In this document: piece after piece, positions 22,300 through 31,257 of the stretch
How the letters are laid out: each line of letters starts with the position of its first letter
Position numbering within the stretch: the stretch's first letter is position 1
Source of the DNA: an uncultured Verrucomicrobiota bacterium
GTDB taxonomy: Bacteria; Verrucomicrobiota; Verrucomicrobiia; Limisphaerales; UBA8199
Direction: 5' to 3'
DNA: 64,000 nucleotides
Assembly (NCBI GenBank): GCA_964625855.1
Contig: CAZVFC010000001.1
Coordinates: 201,756-265,755, forward strand
Program-made: the position numbers and the translations under genes
The notes under the pieces: model-generated
Database searches by the model: none
Seen by the model: only the letters and a program-made list of their open reading frames with translations
What the model was told of the DNA's origin: nothing

Positions 22300-22639
22300 G
22301 AGCCACCACTGGTCTTCACCAACCTCCGTTAGCGAATGCTGCCAGGCTGACACGGCGGTGGTCACCAATTCTCTTGGCAGCGTCACGAGCAGCAATGCCT
22401 ATCTCACAATGAATCCCGCGGGGGTGTCCCTCGCGCTTTACTCGTGTATCACGATTGACGGGGTGGTGGGTTTGACTTACGGCATCCAATGCAGCACCAA
22501 CCTGAGTAATACGAATGCGTGGTGGGGCATGGCCAATGTCACGCTGGGTGCGCCGATCCAGCTTTGGTTTGACCTGCAGCCCGCGAGCCGGCCTCAGCGC
22601 TACTACCGTGTCGTGCCGGGACCCATTTCGATCCCGTAG
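22300..22639 (+). pseudogene. Orphan C-terminal remnant of an Ig-repeat surface protein
   Basis: ORF 22358..22639 reads VTNSLGSVTSSNAYLTMNP...RYYRVVPG. That is the end of an Ig-like module plus a terminal beta-domain, as in 11460..18653. Upstream similarity (LVFTNLR then a TAG stop, ..QADTAVVTN) continues only across a stop and frameshift. There is no signal peptide or N-terminal part. Confidence 0.5.
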
Positions 22640-22656
22640 GCCGCAGGCGCCCGCGG

Positions 22657-23427
22657 CTACCCCGATTTCCTATAATCGCCGCGGCTGAAGTATTTCTCGA
22701 GCCAGACGTAGAGGCAGATGAAGAGATAGCGGCTGCCCATCTCCCGGATCTTCAACTTGGCCACTCCGGTGCGGCGGTTGCGCCAGGTGATGGGGATGAC
22801 GGTCCAGGAGAACCCGCGAACAATCGCCTTGAGCGGCAGCTCGACGGTGAGATTGAAGTGCGGCGCAATGAGCGGGCGGCAGCCCTCGATGGCTTCGCGC
22901 CGATACGCTTTGAAAGCATTGGTGGTATCGTTGAGGCGGATGCCAAACAGCACTTTCAGGAATAGATTCGCCATCCGGTTGATGAGGAGCTTGATCTTCG
23001 GGTAATCAACCACGCCCCCACCCTTCATAAACCGGCTCCCGAAAACACAATCCCATCCCTTGTTCAATTCCTGCCAATACCGGACCACATCCCGGCAATC
23101 GTCCGATTCATCCGCCATCATGATCACGGCCGCGTCGCCCTTCATCTGGTCGAGCCCGCGGATGACGGCGCGGCCAAAGCCGTGCGGGCCTTCGTTCTTT
23201 ACCGGCGCCAGCTCGGGCAAGCGCACCCGCAGTTCCTCGAGTAACTTCCAGGTTCCGTCGGTGCTCCCATCATCCACCACGACGATCTCGTGCGGAATCT
23301 GGTGCAAGCGCAACTCGAGATGCAGGTGCTCGACGGTCGAGCATATACAGCCTTCTTCGTCTCGCGCGGGGATGATCACCGAGACCAGGGAAACCGGGCG
23401 CGGTTGCGGCGGAGCGGAATCACTCAT
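22657..23427 (-). CDS. Family 2 glycosyltransferase (polyprenyl-phosphate sugar synthase-like)
   Basis: VSVIIPARDEEG...VVVDDGSTDGT...MADESDD are the classic GT2 DxD-type motifs, and the ~255 aa size fits. Confidence 0.9.
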   Translation of the reverse strand: MSDSAPPQPRPVSLVSVIIPARDEEGCICSTVEHLHLELRLHQIPHEIVVVDDGSTDGTWKLLEELRVRLPELAPVKNEGPHGFGRAVIRGLDQMKGDAAVIMMADESDDCRDVVRYWQELNKGWDCVFGSRFMKGGGVVDYPKIKLLINRMANLFLKVLFGIRLNDTTNAFKAYRREAIEGCRPLIAPHFNLTVELPLKAIVRGFSWTVIPITWRNRRTGVAKLKIREMGSRYLFICLYVWLEKYFSRGDYRKSG

Positions 23428-23900
23428 CGGTCAATCCGTCAATCCCATGGCAGACCTTGGTCCTGGAGCCATAGAACCGGTGCCGGGACGGCGCTGGTGA
23501 GCCGGTGATTGTTTGCGATTAAGGTCAGTTTGGCGGTGCACAACTTAGCGCCAGACTTTAGTTCAACGGAGGTTGAGCGCAAGTTCATTTACCCCCCTGC
23601 GCGGGCTGGGCGCACAGTCTGGCTGCTCAAGCGGCGGCCCAGGACCCGATGGCCTCGGCAGTCAACCGGGCTAACGGCAAGCGTGCGCGGGACATCTGCT
23701 CAACCGGGCCGCCGCTTTAGCAGCCAGCGCTAGGTCCTGTACTTATAGCGGATCGCGTCGCCGGGTGTCTGTCAGGCTCAGCACTACACTTGTTGTAGGG
23801 GTTAACCCTACACGCCCTATGGGGGTGTGCGGCCAGACGCACACTTTGCGGCGTTGGGCGCGTGGGCCAGACTGCACGGCGAATGCATGATACCCTGGAA

Positions 23901-23969
23901 GGAGCGCGGACATTCTTGTCCGCCTGCCGAATGGTGCGCAAGACGGGCGGACAGGAATGTCCGCGCTCC
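23901..23969. repeat. Palindromic element with GGAGCGCGGACA...TGTCCGCGCTCC arms
   Basis: Arms at 23901-23924 and 23946-23969 are reverse complements with one mismatch. Each arm contains its own small hairpin (GCGGACA-N3/4-TGTCCGC). It lies in the 635-bp non-coding gap upstream of the 24.0-35.4 kb cluster. Confidence 0.85.
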
Positions 23970-24062
23970 TTCTCGCCTACACCCTGGCCAGACTGCGCCC
24001 GCAATGATTAACGGTTTGCATTCAGTTGACTATTCCTTAAATTGATAGGGCGAACGGGCTCA

Positions 24063-25205
24063 ATGCGACAATTCATCACAATTGCGACGAATGCCTTCAT
24101 GGAGCTGGTCCGGCAGCCGGTGTTCCTGCTGCTGATGACCAGCTCGGCGGTATTTGAGATCTTCCTGGCAACGCCCTACTACTTCGCCTTCGGGGACGAG
24201 CCCAAGCTGGTGAAGAACAGCACGCTGGCGGTGATGTTGCTGGCCGGGTTGCTCGGGGCGGTCTTGAGCGCCTCCGCCTCGCTGGCGCGCGAGATTCGCA
24301 CCGGCACGGCGCTGGCGGTGCTCTCGAAGCCGATTGGCCGCGCACAGTTCCTGTTGGCGAAGTTCGCCGGGCTGGTGGTGGCGCTCAGCCTCCTGACGTA
24401 TGTCAACCTGGTGGTGGCGCTGCTGGCCAGCCGGATGGCGTTCGACGCGTATGGTTCGACGGATATGTTCGCCCTGGGCATCTTTGCCTTGTCGCTGGTG
24501 ATCGCCTATCTGCTGGGCGGCTTCAGCAACTTCTTTCTTCGCCGGCCTTTTGTATCGGACGCCGTCTTCAGCCTGTTGGTCATGGTGACCGTGGCGTTCG
24601 TGATCATCAACTTCTTCACCAAGGAAGCCAAGCCGCAGGCGTTTGCCACGGGGGTGGATTGGCGCCTGATCCCGGCCGCCGTGCTGGTGCTGTTCGCGCT
24701 CTGGATCCTGGCGGGACTGGCGCTGGCGTGCTCGACGCGTCTGGACATGATCCCCACGCTGGCAATCTGCTCGGCCTTCTTCCTGGTCGGCATCATGTCG
24801 GATTATGTCTTCGGTCTGCGGGCGAACGCGGTATGGAGCCGCGACTTTGGCGGCGAGTTGCGCAGCACCCGCTGGGCCTATGGGCAGAAAGTTCTGCTCA
24901 AGGAGATGGTCGAAAAGTACGACCGGAACCGCGACGGGAAGATGGAGCCGGTCGAGCGGGAGGCAATCAGCCCGGCGGACAAGGCGCGGCTGAAAGGTGC
25001 GAACATGGGTGGCGCGTGGTGGGCGTCGGTGCTTTACACGGTAACGCCAAACTGGCAGCTTTTTTGGGTCGCGGACGCGCTGGATTCGAACAAGAGCACC
25101 TTTCATTGGGTTTACGTGTGCAAGGCGTTTGGGTACATGCTGGGGTATGTGGGGGCGGCGCTGGCGATTGCGGTGGTGCTTTTTGAAGACCGGGAGTTGA
25201 GTTGA
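24063..25205 (+). CDS. ABC-2-type permease-like membrane protein with an EF-hand-like loop insert
   Basis: ORF 24042..25205, with likely start MRQFITIATNAFMELVRQPVFLLLM at 24063, a typical ABC-2 permease N-terminus. It has multiple TM helices. The insert KYDRNRDGKMEPVEREAIS matches an EF-hand loop. The antisense 348-aa ORF was rejected. Confidence 0.75.
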   Translation: MRQFITIATNAFMELVRQPVFLLLMTSSAVFEIFLATPYYFAFGDEPKLVKNSTLAVMLLAGLLGAVLSASASLAREIRTGTALAVLSKPIGRAQFLLAKFAGLVVALSLLTYVNLVVALLASRMAFDAYGSTDMFALGIFALSLVIAYLLGGFSNFFLRRPFVSDAVFSLLVMVTVAFVIINFFTKEAKPQAFATGVDWRLIPAAVLVLFALWILAGLALACSTRLDMIPTLAICSAFFLVGIMSDYVFGLRANAVWSRDFGGELRSTRWAYGQKVLLKEMVEKYDRNRDGKMEPVEREAISPADKARLKGANMGGAWWASVLYTVTPNWQLFWVADALDSNKSTFHWVYVCKAFGYMLGYVGAALAIAVVLFEDRELS

Positions 25206-25290
25206 AAGAGTGCCATGGTTTACTTAAGTTACTTCGGGTGCATGGGTTAAATGCGGTGAGTGAGTTCAACAGGGCAAACGAGCCAACCGA

Positions 25291-27186
25291 TTGATAATGG
25301 AACGAAGCATACAAAAGAACGGACTGATCAACCTGCTGACCCTGCTGGCGGTAGGTGTGGCCGGCTTTGCGGTGGCGCGATTCGCCAACTCGCTGGCGGG
25401 GATCGTCGGGGTTGTCTTCATGGGCCTGGGCATCCTGGTAGCCGCGGTGAGCTGGTTCCAGATGCGGCTCGAGGACCGCGAGCGGCTGGAGAGGCTGGAA
25501 CTGGAGGAACTGGCCCGCTCGCACGGGGAAACGGCGCTGTTTGAAGCCAAGGATGCCGAGGTGTTCCCGGCGCAGCGCTCGCGGGAGCAGTTCGAGCGGT
25601 TCTTCGTGCCGACGTTCACCGTGCTGCTCTTCCTGTTGCAGGGGGGCGGCGCCTATTTCCTGTGGCGCTGGCTGTCGCAAAGCACGTTGGTGACCGCCGT
25701 GAAGGAGCCGATCACGGGGCTGGCGCTGTTCGGCTTGTTCTCGCTGGTGCTGTTCCTCCTGGGCAGGTTTTCCGGCACGGTTGCCCGGATTGAACATTTG
25801 CGCCTGCTGCGGCCCGGGGCCAGTTGCCTGCTGGCTAACGCGGTCTTGTGCGCGGTAGTGATGCTGGGCTTGATCGGGGTCTGGGCCGGGTTCTCGAGCG
25901 TGGACTACTACCTCGCGTGTGTTTTGGCCGCGCTGCTGGCGCTGCTGGCCGTCGAAACGCTCATCCAGTTAGTGCTGGAGATCTATCGCCCCCGGGTGAA
26001 AGGCAAGATCGAGCGGCCCTTGTATGAGAGCCGTCTGATCGGGCTCCTCGGACAACCCGAGGGCTTGATTACCACGGCGGCGCAGGCGCTCGACTATCAA
26101 TTCGGATTCAAGGTCTCCGAGACGTGGTTCTATCGGTTCTTCGAGAAGGCTTTGGGCTGGCTGATCCTGCTGCAAGTGGCGGCGCTGCTCCTTTCGACCT
26201 GTGCGGTTTTCATTGACGCCGGCGAGCAAGGACTCCTCGAGCGTTTCGGCAAGCCGGTGGCGGGCCGGACGCCGCTCGGGCCCGGCGCCCATCTGAAGTG
26301 GCCCTGGCCGATTGACCGCGTTTACCGCTTCCGCACCGAGCAGATTCAGAGCTTCCACGTAGGCTCGATGCCCGATCCGAAACGCGAAGCGGAGCGGATC
26401 GTCCTCTGGACAGTGCCCCACATGAAGGAGGAGGTTGATTTTCTGATCGCCAACCGCGACATGAGCTCCCTGACGGCGACCAATCGCGTCACCGGCAAAC
26501 GGACGCCGCCGGTCAGTCTGCTGACGGTCAGCATCCCGGTGCAGTACCAGATTACGAACCTGATGGCATGGGCCTACAACAACGACGATGCGCCGACGCT
26601 TTTACAGGACCTGGCAACGCACGAGGTTGTGCATTACCTGGCCGGCGCGGACATGAATGAAGTGATGTCGCATACCCGCCTGGAGATGGCGCACGTTCTG
26701 GCCAACCGAATCCAGGCCGCGGCTGACCACCACGAGCTGGGCGCCAGGATCGAATCCATAGACCTGCATGACCTGCACCCGCCGGTCAAGGTCGCGGGCG
26801 ATTACGAGAACGTCGTGGCGGCCATTCAACAAAAGGAAGCCAAGATCCTGGCGGCCCGAGCCGACGCCATCCGGACCAACGCCATGGCCGAAGCCCAGGC
26901 GGTGAGCCTGGTCAACAAGGCCATTGCCGAACGCACGACGCGCGAGGTCGGCGCGCTGGCACAGGCGGCCTTGTTCACCAACCAGATTCCGGCGTTTGCC
27001 GCGGCGCCTTCGGTGTATGCCGAGCGGTCCTATCTGGAGACGCTGGTCCGGGCCACCGAAAATGCGCGCAAGTACGTTCTGCTTACGACCAATACCCAAG
27101 ATGTTCTGCAGTTTGACCTTCAGGAATCCATCGCCCATAGCATGCTCAGCCTGAGCGTCACATCACCGCCAAAATCATCACCATGA
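25291..27186 (+). CDS. Multi-pass membrane protein with a C-terminal SPFH/band-7 (HflK/C-like) domain
   Basis: 631-aa ORF. About 7 hydrophobic helices occupy the first ~300 aa. An SPFH-like core follows (GEQGLLERFGKP...LKWPWPIDRVYRF...), then a coiled-coil-like Ala/Glu-rich tail. Confidence 0.8.
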   Translation: MIMERSIQKNGLINLLTLLAVGVAGFAVARFANSLAGIVGVVFMGLGILVAAVSWFQMRLEDRERLERLELEELARSHGETALFEAKDAEVFPAQRSREQFERFFVPTFTVLLFLLQGGGAYFLWRWLSQSTLVTAVKEPITGLALFGLFSLVLFLLGRFSGTVARIEHLRLLRPGASCLLANAVLCAVVMLGLIGVWAGFSSVDYYLACVLAALLALLAVETLIQLVLEIYRPRVKGKIERPLYESRLIGLLGQPEGLITTAAQALDYQFGFKVSETWFYRFFEKALGWLILLQVAALLLSTCAVFIDAGEQGLLERFGKPVAGRTPLGPGAHLKWPWPIDRVYRFRTEQIQSFHVGSMPDPKREAERIVLWTVPHMKEEVDFLIANRDMSSLTATNRVTGKRTPPVSLLTVSIPVQYQITNLMAWAYNNDDAPTLLQDLATHEVVHYLAGADMNEVMSHTRLEMAHVLANRIQAAADHHELGARIESIDLHDLHPPVKVAGDYENVVAAIQQKEAKILAARADAIRTNAMAEAQAVSLVNKAIAERTTREVGALAQAALFTNQIPAFAAAPSVYAERSYLETLVRATENARKYVLLTTNTQDVLQFDLQESIAHSMLSLSVTSPPKSSP

Positions 27187-28094
27187 AACGCAATCCACTC
27201 ACCTTGGTTATCGGCATCCTGCTGATTGTCATTTTCGCCCTGTGGCTCTTTGTCTTCCAGGTCCGCACCACCGAAGTTGCCGTGGTGACCACCTTCGGCA
27301 AGCCAACGCGGCCGCTCACCGACCCGGGGCCGTACCTCAAATGGCCGTGGCCGATCCAAAAGGTCTGGACCTTCGACAAGCGGGTGCAGAACTTTGAGGA
27401 CAAGCTCACCGAGGGCCTCACCCAGGACAATTTCAACCTGCTCACGACGGTCTATGTCGGGTGGAAGATTACCGATCCGGCGGCCTTCTTCCCCAAATTC
27501 ATCAGCAGCGAGAATCCCATGCGTGAAGCCGAACGGCAACTGGAGCGGCTGCTGGGCAACGCCAAGAGCGCGGCCATCGGACGGCATCCGCTCTCCGATT
27601 TCATTTCCGCCACCGGCAATGGAACGAATTTCCTGGCCATCGAGAATGAGATTCTGACCGCCCTCCAGTCGCAGGTCCTGGCCAACAACTATGGTTTGGC
27701 AATCGAGTTCCTCGGCATCAAGCGGCTCCAACTCCCGCAAAATGTAAGCCAGTCGGTGTTTGACCGGATGACCTCCGAACGCAAGGTGCTGGCCGACCAA
27801 TTGCAGTACGAAGGCGAGGCGGAAGCTCAAAAGATCCGCTCGGAAGCCGAACGCCGCGCCCAGGAAATGCTGGCCAGCGCCCAAGGCCAGGCAACCGAGA
27901 TCAAGGGCAAAGGCGAAGCCGAAGCGGCAAAGTCGCTGGCGGTGTTCGAACAGAATCCTACACTGGCGACTTTTCTGTTCCGGCTGAACGCGCTGGAGGG
28001 CTCCCTGAAGGAGCGCTCGATACTCGTTTTCGATCAGAACACTCCGCCGTTTGACCTGTTCCGGGGCGGTGTGACCAACTGGCTGAGCAAATAG
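27183..28094 (+). CDS. SPFH/band-7 protein, HflC-like
   Basis: 303-aa ORF with a single N-terminal TM. It reads QVRTTEVAVVTTFGKP...YLKWPWPIQKV and has a coiled-coil tail (EGEAEAQKIRSEAERRAQEM). The ATGA start/stop overlaps the upstream gene. Confidence 0.85.
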   Translation: MKRNPLTLVIGILLIVIFALWLFVFQVRTTEVAVVTTFGKPTRPLTDPGPYLKWPWPIQKVWTFDKRVQNFEDKLTEGLTQDNFNLLTTVYVGWKITDPAAFFPKFISSENPMREAERQLERLLGNAKSAAIGRHPLSDFISATGNGTNFLAIENEILTALQSQVLANNYGLAIEFLGIKRLQLPQNVSQSVFDRMTSERKVLADQLQYEGEAEAQKIRSEAERRAQEMLASAQGQATEIKGKGEAEAAKSLAVFEQNPTLATFLFRLNALEGSLKERSILVFDQNTPPFDLFRGGVTNWLSK

Positions 28095-28101
28095 CACCAC
28101 C

Positions 28102-29193
28102 ATGAACGATCACCCCCACTCACACGCGGAGCCCCCCGGACCGCCGGCGCCGGCCGAGACGCCGGTGGATGCCGGCTCGCAGGCGCTATCCGAGGCGCTG
28201 CGCAGCAGCTTTGCGATCGTCCGGTTTGTGATGATCGTGCTCGTGGTGGTCTTCTTCGCTTCGGGCTTCTTCACCGTCGGCCCCGACCAGCGCGCGATTA
28301 TCCTCCGGTTTGGCAAACCTTTGGGCGAAGGCGAGAGTGCCCTGCTGGGACCGGGCAAACTGCATTGGTCCATGCCCTATCCCATTGACGAGGTGGTCAA
28401 GGTGAACATTACGGGCATTCAGACGGTCGAGTCCACCGCGGGTTGGTACGCCCAGACGCCGGAAGAGCGGCTCTCGGGCGTAGAACCCCCGGTAGCCCCC
28501 GGAACGCCCCTGAACCCGGGCGTTGATGGTTACGCCCTCACCGCCGACAACAACATCATTCACTCGTATGCCACTTTAAGATACCGGATCAACGAGCCGA
28601 TCCGCTACGTGTTCAACTTTGTGAACGCCTCGAACGCCGTGCAAAACGCGCTCGACAACGCCCTGCTGTGGACCGCCGCCCGATTCAAGGTGGACGAAGT
28701 TCTCACTCGCGATGTGGCCGGATTCCAGGAAGCGGTCCGCCGGCGTGTGGTGCAACTGATCGAGAAGCAGGAACAGGGCATCGTGGTGGAACAATGCGCC
28801 GTTCAGAGCATCCGGCCACGGCAATTGAAGGAGGCCTTCGACCGGGTAACCACTGCGGAACAGGCGCGCGGCAAGGTTCTCAACGAGGCGCGAAGCTATG
28901 AGAACCAGCTCACGAACCGGGCCAGCGCCGATGCCGAATCGCTTATCAACCTGGCACAGGCGGAGCGGGCGCAGTTGGTGAAGGACGTCGCCGCCCAGGC
29001 GGAACGGTTCCAGGACCTTCTGCCTCAGTACCGGCGCCACTCCGAACTGCTGGTGCAACAGCGCTTGAACGAGACTTTCGGCCGTGTGCTGACCAACGTG
29101 CAGGACAAAATCTTTGTCGCCGAGAGCGCAGATGGAAAATCAAAGGAATTGCGGCTACTGTTCAATCGTGAACTGATTAAGCGGACACCGTAG
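28102..29193 (+). CDS. SPFH/band-7 protein, HflK-like
   Basis: 363-aa ORF with an N-terminal TM after a Pro-rich head. It reads VGPDQRAIILRFGKP...LHWSMPYPIDEV and has a C-terminal coiled-coil-like region. It starts 7 nt after the previous gene. Confidence 0.8.
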   Translation: MNDHPHSHAEPPGPPAPAETPVDAGSQALSEALRSSFAIVRFVMIVLVVVFFASGFFTVGPDQRAIILRFGKPLGEGESALLGPGKLHWSMPYPIDEVVKVNITGIQTVESTAGWYAQTPEERLSGVEPPVAPGTPLNPGVDGYALTADNNIIHSYATLRYRINEPIRYVFNFVNASNAVQNALDNALLWTAARFKVDEVLTRDVAGFQEAVRRRVVQLIEKQEQGIVVEQCAVQSIRPRQLKEAFDRVTTAEQARGKVLNEARSYENQLTNRASADAESLINLAQAERAQLVKDVAAQAERFQDLLPQYRRHSELLVQQRLNETFGRVLTNVQDKIFVAESADGKSKELRLLFNRELIKRTP

Positions 29194-29214
29194 TCGAAAG
29201 CCATTGAAGCGAAC

Positions 29215-31245
29215 ATGCAAGTTACCTCACTTCTAACCCGCCAGGAGCACACCCATGCCGAGGGCGAGTCCTGCTCAAGCTGTGGCCATGACCACGACCA
29301 CGAACACGCGCCCGTCCGCCTGTGGCAGACGCTGATCGGCGTTGTCTTTGTGCTCAACGCCTTCATCGTGGACTGGCTGTTCAAGCAAGGCCACACCGTG
29401 GCCAGCGCCAGCGCGTTGATCGGCGCCGTTATCCTGGGCTATCCCATCGTGTGGACGGCCATCCAGGATATTCGCAAGGGCATCCTCAGCATCAACGAAC
29501 TGGTTGCCATCGCCGTGCTCGCCGCGTTTGCGTCCGGGGACTATAAAACCGCCGGAGTGGTCGCGTTCTTCATGCTGATGGGCGAGATCATCGAAACGCG
29601 CACCGCCGAAGGCGCCCGCGCGTCCATCGAATCACTCATCAAGCTCACCCCCACCAAAGCGCGCCGCATCACCCCGCAAGGCGAGGAGGAGGTCGCCGCG
29701 AAAGACCTGGCCATTGGCGACGTGATCCGCATCCGCCCGGGGGACAACGTGGCGGCGGACGGGGTCATCCAAAGCGGCCAGGGCTCCTTCAACCAGGCTA
29801 CCATCACCGGCGAATCACTGCCCGTGGACAAGAAGCCCGGCGACGATGTGTTTGCCGGCACCCAAAACCTGACCGGCGTTCTGGAGATCAAGGTGAGCCG
29901 CGCGGGCACGGACACCACGCTCGGCCGGGTGCGCGAGCTGATCCTGGCGGCGGAAAAAACCAAGCTGCCGATCATGAAGATTGTGGACCAGTACATGGGC
30001 TTTTACACGCCGCTGGTGCTGGTGATCGCGGCGTTGGTCTGGGCCTTCACCGGCAAGGAACACGGGCTTAACAACGTCATTTCGGTCATCATCTTCAGTT
30101 GTCCGTGCGCCTTCATCCTGGCCACGCCCACCGCCATGGTGGCCGCGCTCTCAGCGGCGGCGCGCCTGGGCATCCTCATCAAGAACGTCGCCGACATCGA
30201 GGCCGCCGCAAAGATCAACGCGTTCGTCTTCGACAAGACCGGCACCCTCACCACCGGAGAACTGGCGGTCAGCCGTTTGGCTCCGCTCGAGGGTGTTACC
30301 CCTGCCGAATTGCTGCGCGTGGCGGCTGCCGCGGAGAAATACAGCAACCACCCGACGGCCAAGGCGCTCGTGCAATTGGCCGCGGAGGCGGGCGTGTCGC
30401 TGCCCGAACCCAAAGATTTCGCGGAGACTGCCGGCCGGGGCGTGAAGGCGGCGGTTGACGGGGCCAAAGTGCTAGTGGGCCGCGCCCAGTGGCTCAAGGA
30501 TAACGGCGTGACGGGCGATTTTCTGAAATCGGTGGACCTCAACGAGACCGAGGGTTGGAGCCTCATATTTGTCGCGAAGGACGGCCATTGCATCGGGTGG
30601 GTAGGGTTGCAGGATCAAACCCGCGCCGAGGCCCGCGAGTCGCTGGCCGAGCTAAAGGAGAGCGGCGTGCGGCGGGTCGCGATGGTCTCGGGCGACCGCC
30701 AGCCGGTCGCGACGCGCGTGGGCCGCGAGATCGGCTGTGAGGAGGCCCGGGGCGAATGTCTGCCGCAGAACAAGGTCGAATTTGTCCGCGGCATCAAGGC
30801 CAAGGGTTACCAGGTGGCGGTGGTGGGCGACGGCGTGAACGACGCCCCGGCGCTGACAGCCGGTGACATTGGTATCGCCATGGGTGCGGCGGGCAGCGAG
30901 GTGGCGATCCACAGCGCGACGATCGCGCTCATGAACAACGACCTGCGCCGGTTGCCGTTCCTGGTGAAGCTCTCCCGCAGCACCCGCACGGTTATCAACC
31001 AGAACTTCCTGTTTGGCCTGGCCTTCATCATTGGTGGTATGACCCTCTCTGCCCTGAGCTATGTGCCGCCGGTGATGGCCGCGGCAATGCACACGGTAGG
31101 CTCGCTCATCGTGGTCTTTAACAGCGCGCGGCTCGTGCGCAAGGGCGAGGAGCTCGAGCATTATCATCCCGAACCCGCCGGCCCCAAGCCGGGCCGGCCC
31201 GCCACGGGCGTGACGAAGACTGAACTGGCGCCCGGGATGGCATGA
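29215..31245 (+). CDS. Heavy-metal translocating P1B-type ATPase (metal specificity uncertain)
   Basis: Has a His/Cys-rich N-terminus (HTHAEGESCSSCGHDHDHEH), the TM6 motif SCPCAFILATP, the phosphorylation site DKTGTLT, and the hinge GDGVNDAPAL. Confidence 0.95.
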   Translation: MQVTSLLTRQEHTHAEGESCSSCGHDHDHEHAPVRLWQTLIGVVFVLNAFIVDWLFKQGHTVASASALIGAVILGYPIVWTAIQDIRKGILSINELVAIAVLAAFASGDYKTAGVVAFFMLMGEIIETRTAEGARASIESLIKLTPTKARRITPQGEEEVAAKDLAIGDVIRIRPGDNVAADGVIQSGQGSFNQATITGESLPVDKKPGDDVFAGTQNLTGVLEIKVSRAGTDTTLGRVRELILAAEKTKLPIMKIVDQYMGFYTPLVLVIAALVWAFTGKEHGLNNVISVIIFSCPCAFILATPTAMVAALSAAARLGILIKNVADIEAAAKINAFVFDKTGTLTTGELAVSRLAPLEGVTPAELLRVAAAAEKYSNHPTAKALVQLAAEAGVSLPEPKDFAETAGRGVKAAVDGAKVLVGRAQWLKDNGVTGDFLKSVDLNETEGWSLIFVAKDGHCIGWVGLQDQTRAEARESLAELKESGVRRVAMVSGDRQPVATRVGREIGCEEARGECLPQNKVEFVRGIKAKGYQVAVVGDGVNDAPALTAGDIGIAMGAAGSEVAIHSATIALMNNDLRRLPFLVKLSRSTRTVINQNFLFGLAFIIGGMTLSALSYVPPVMAAAMHTVGSLIVVFNSARLVRKGEELEHYHPEPAGPKPGRPATGVTKTELAPGMA

Positions 31246-31257
31246 GCGACAAGGATT

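Noticed and set aside
22204-22395. 63-aa minus-strand ORF between the DUF1559 gene and the Ig-fragment.
   Set aside because: It has no motif and overlaps the decayed Ig-module remnant on the other strand. It is likely spurious.
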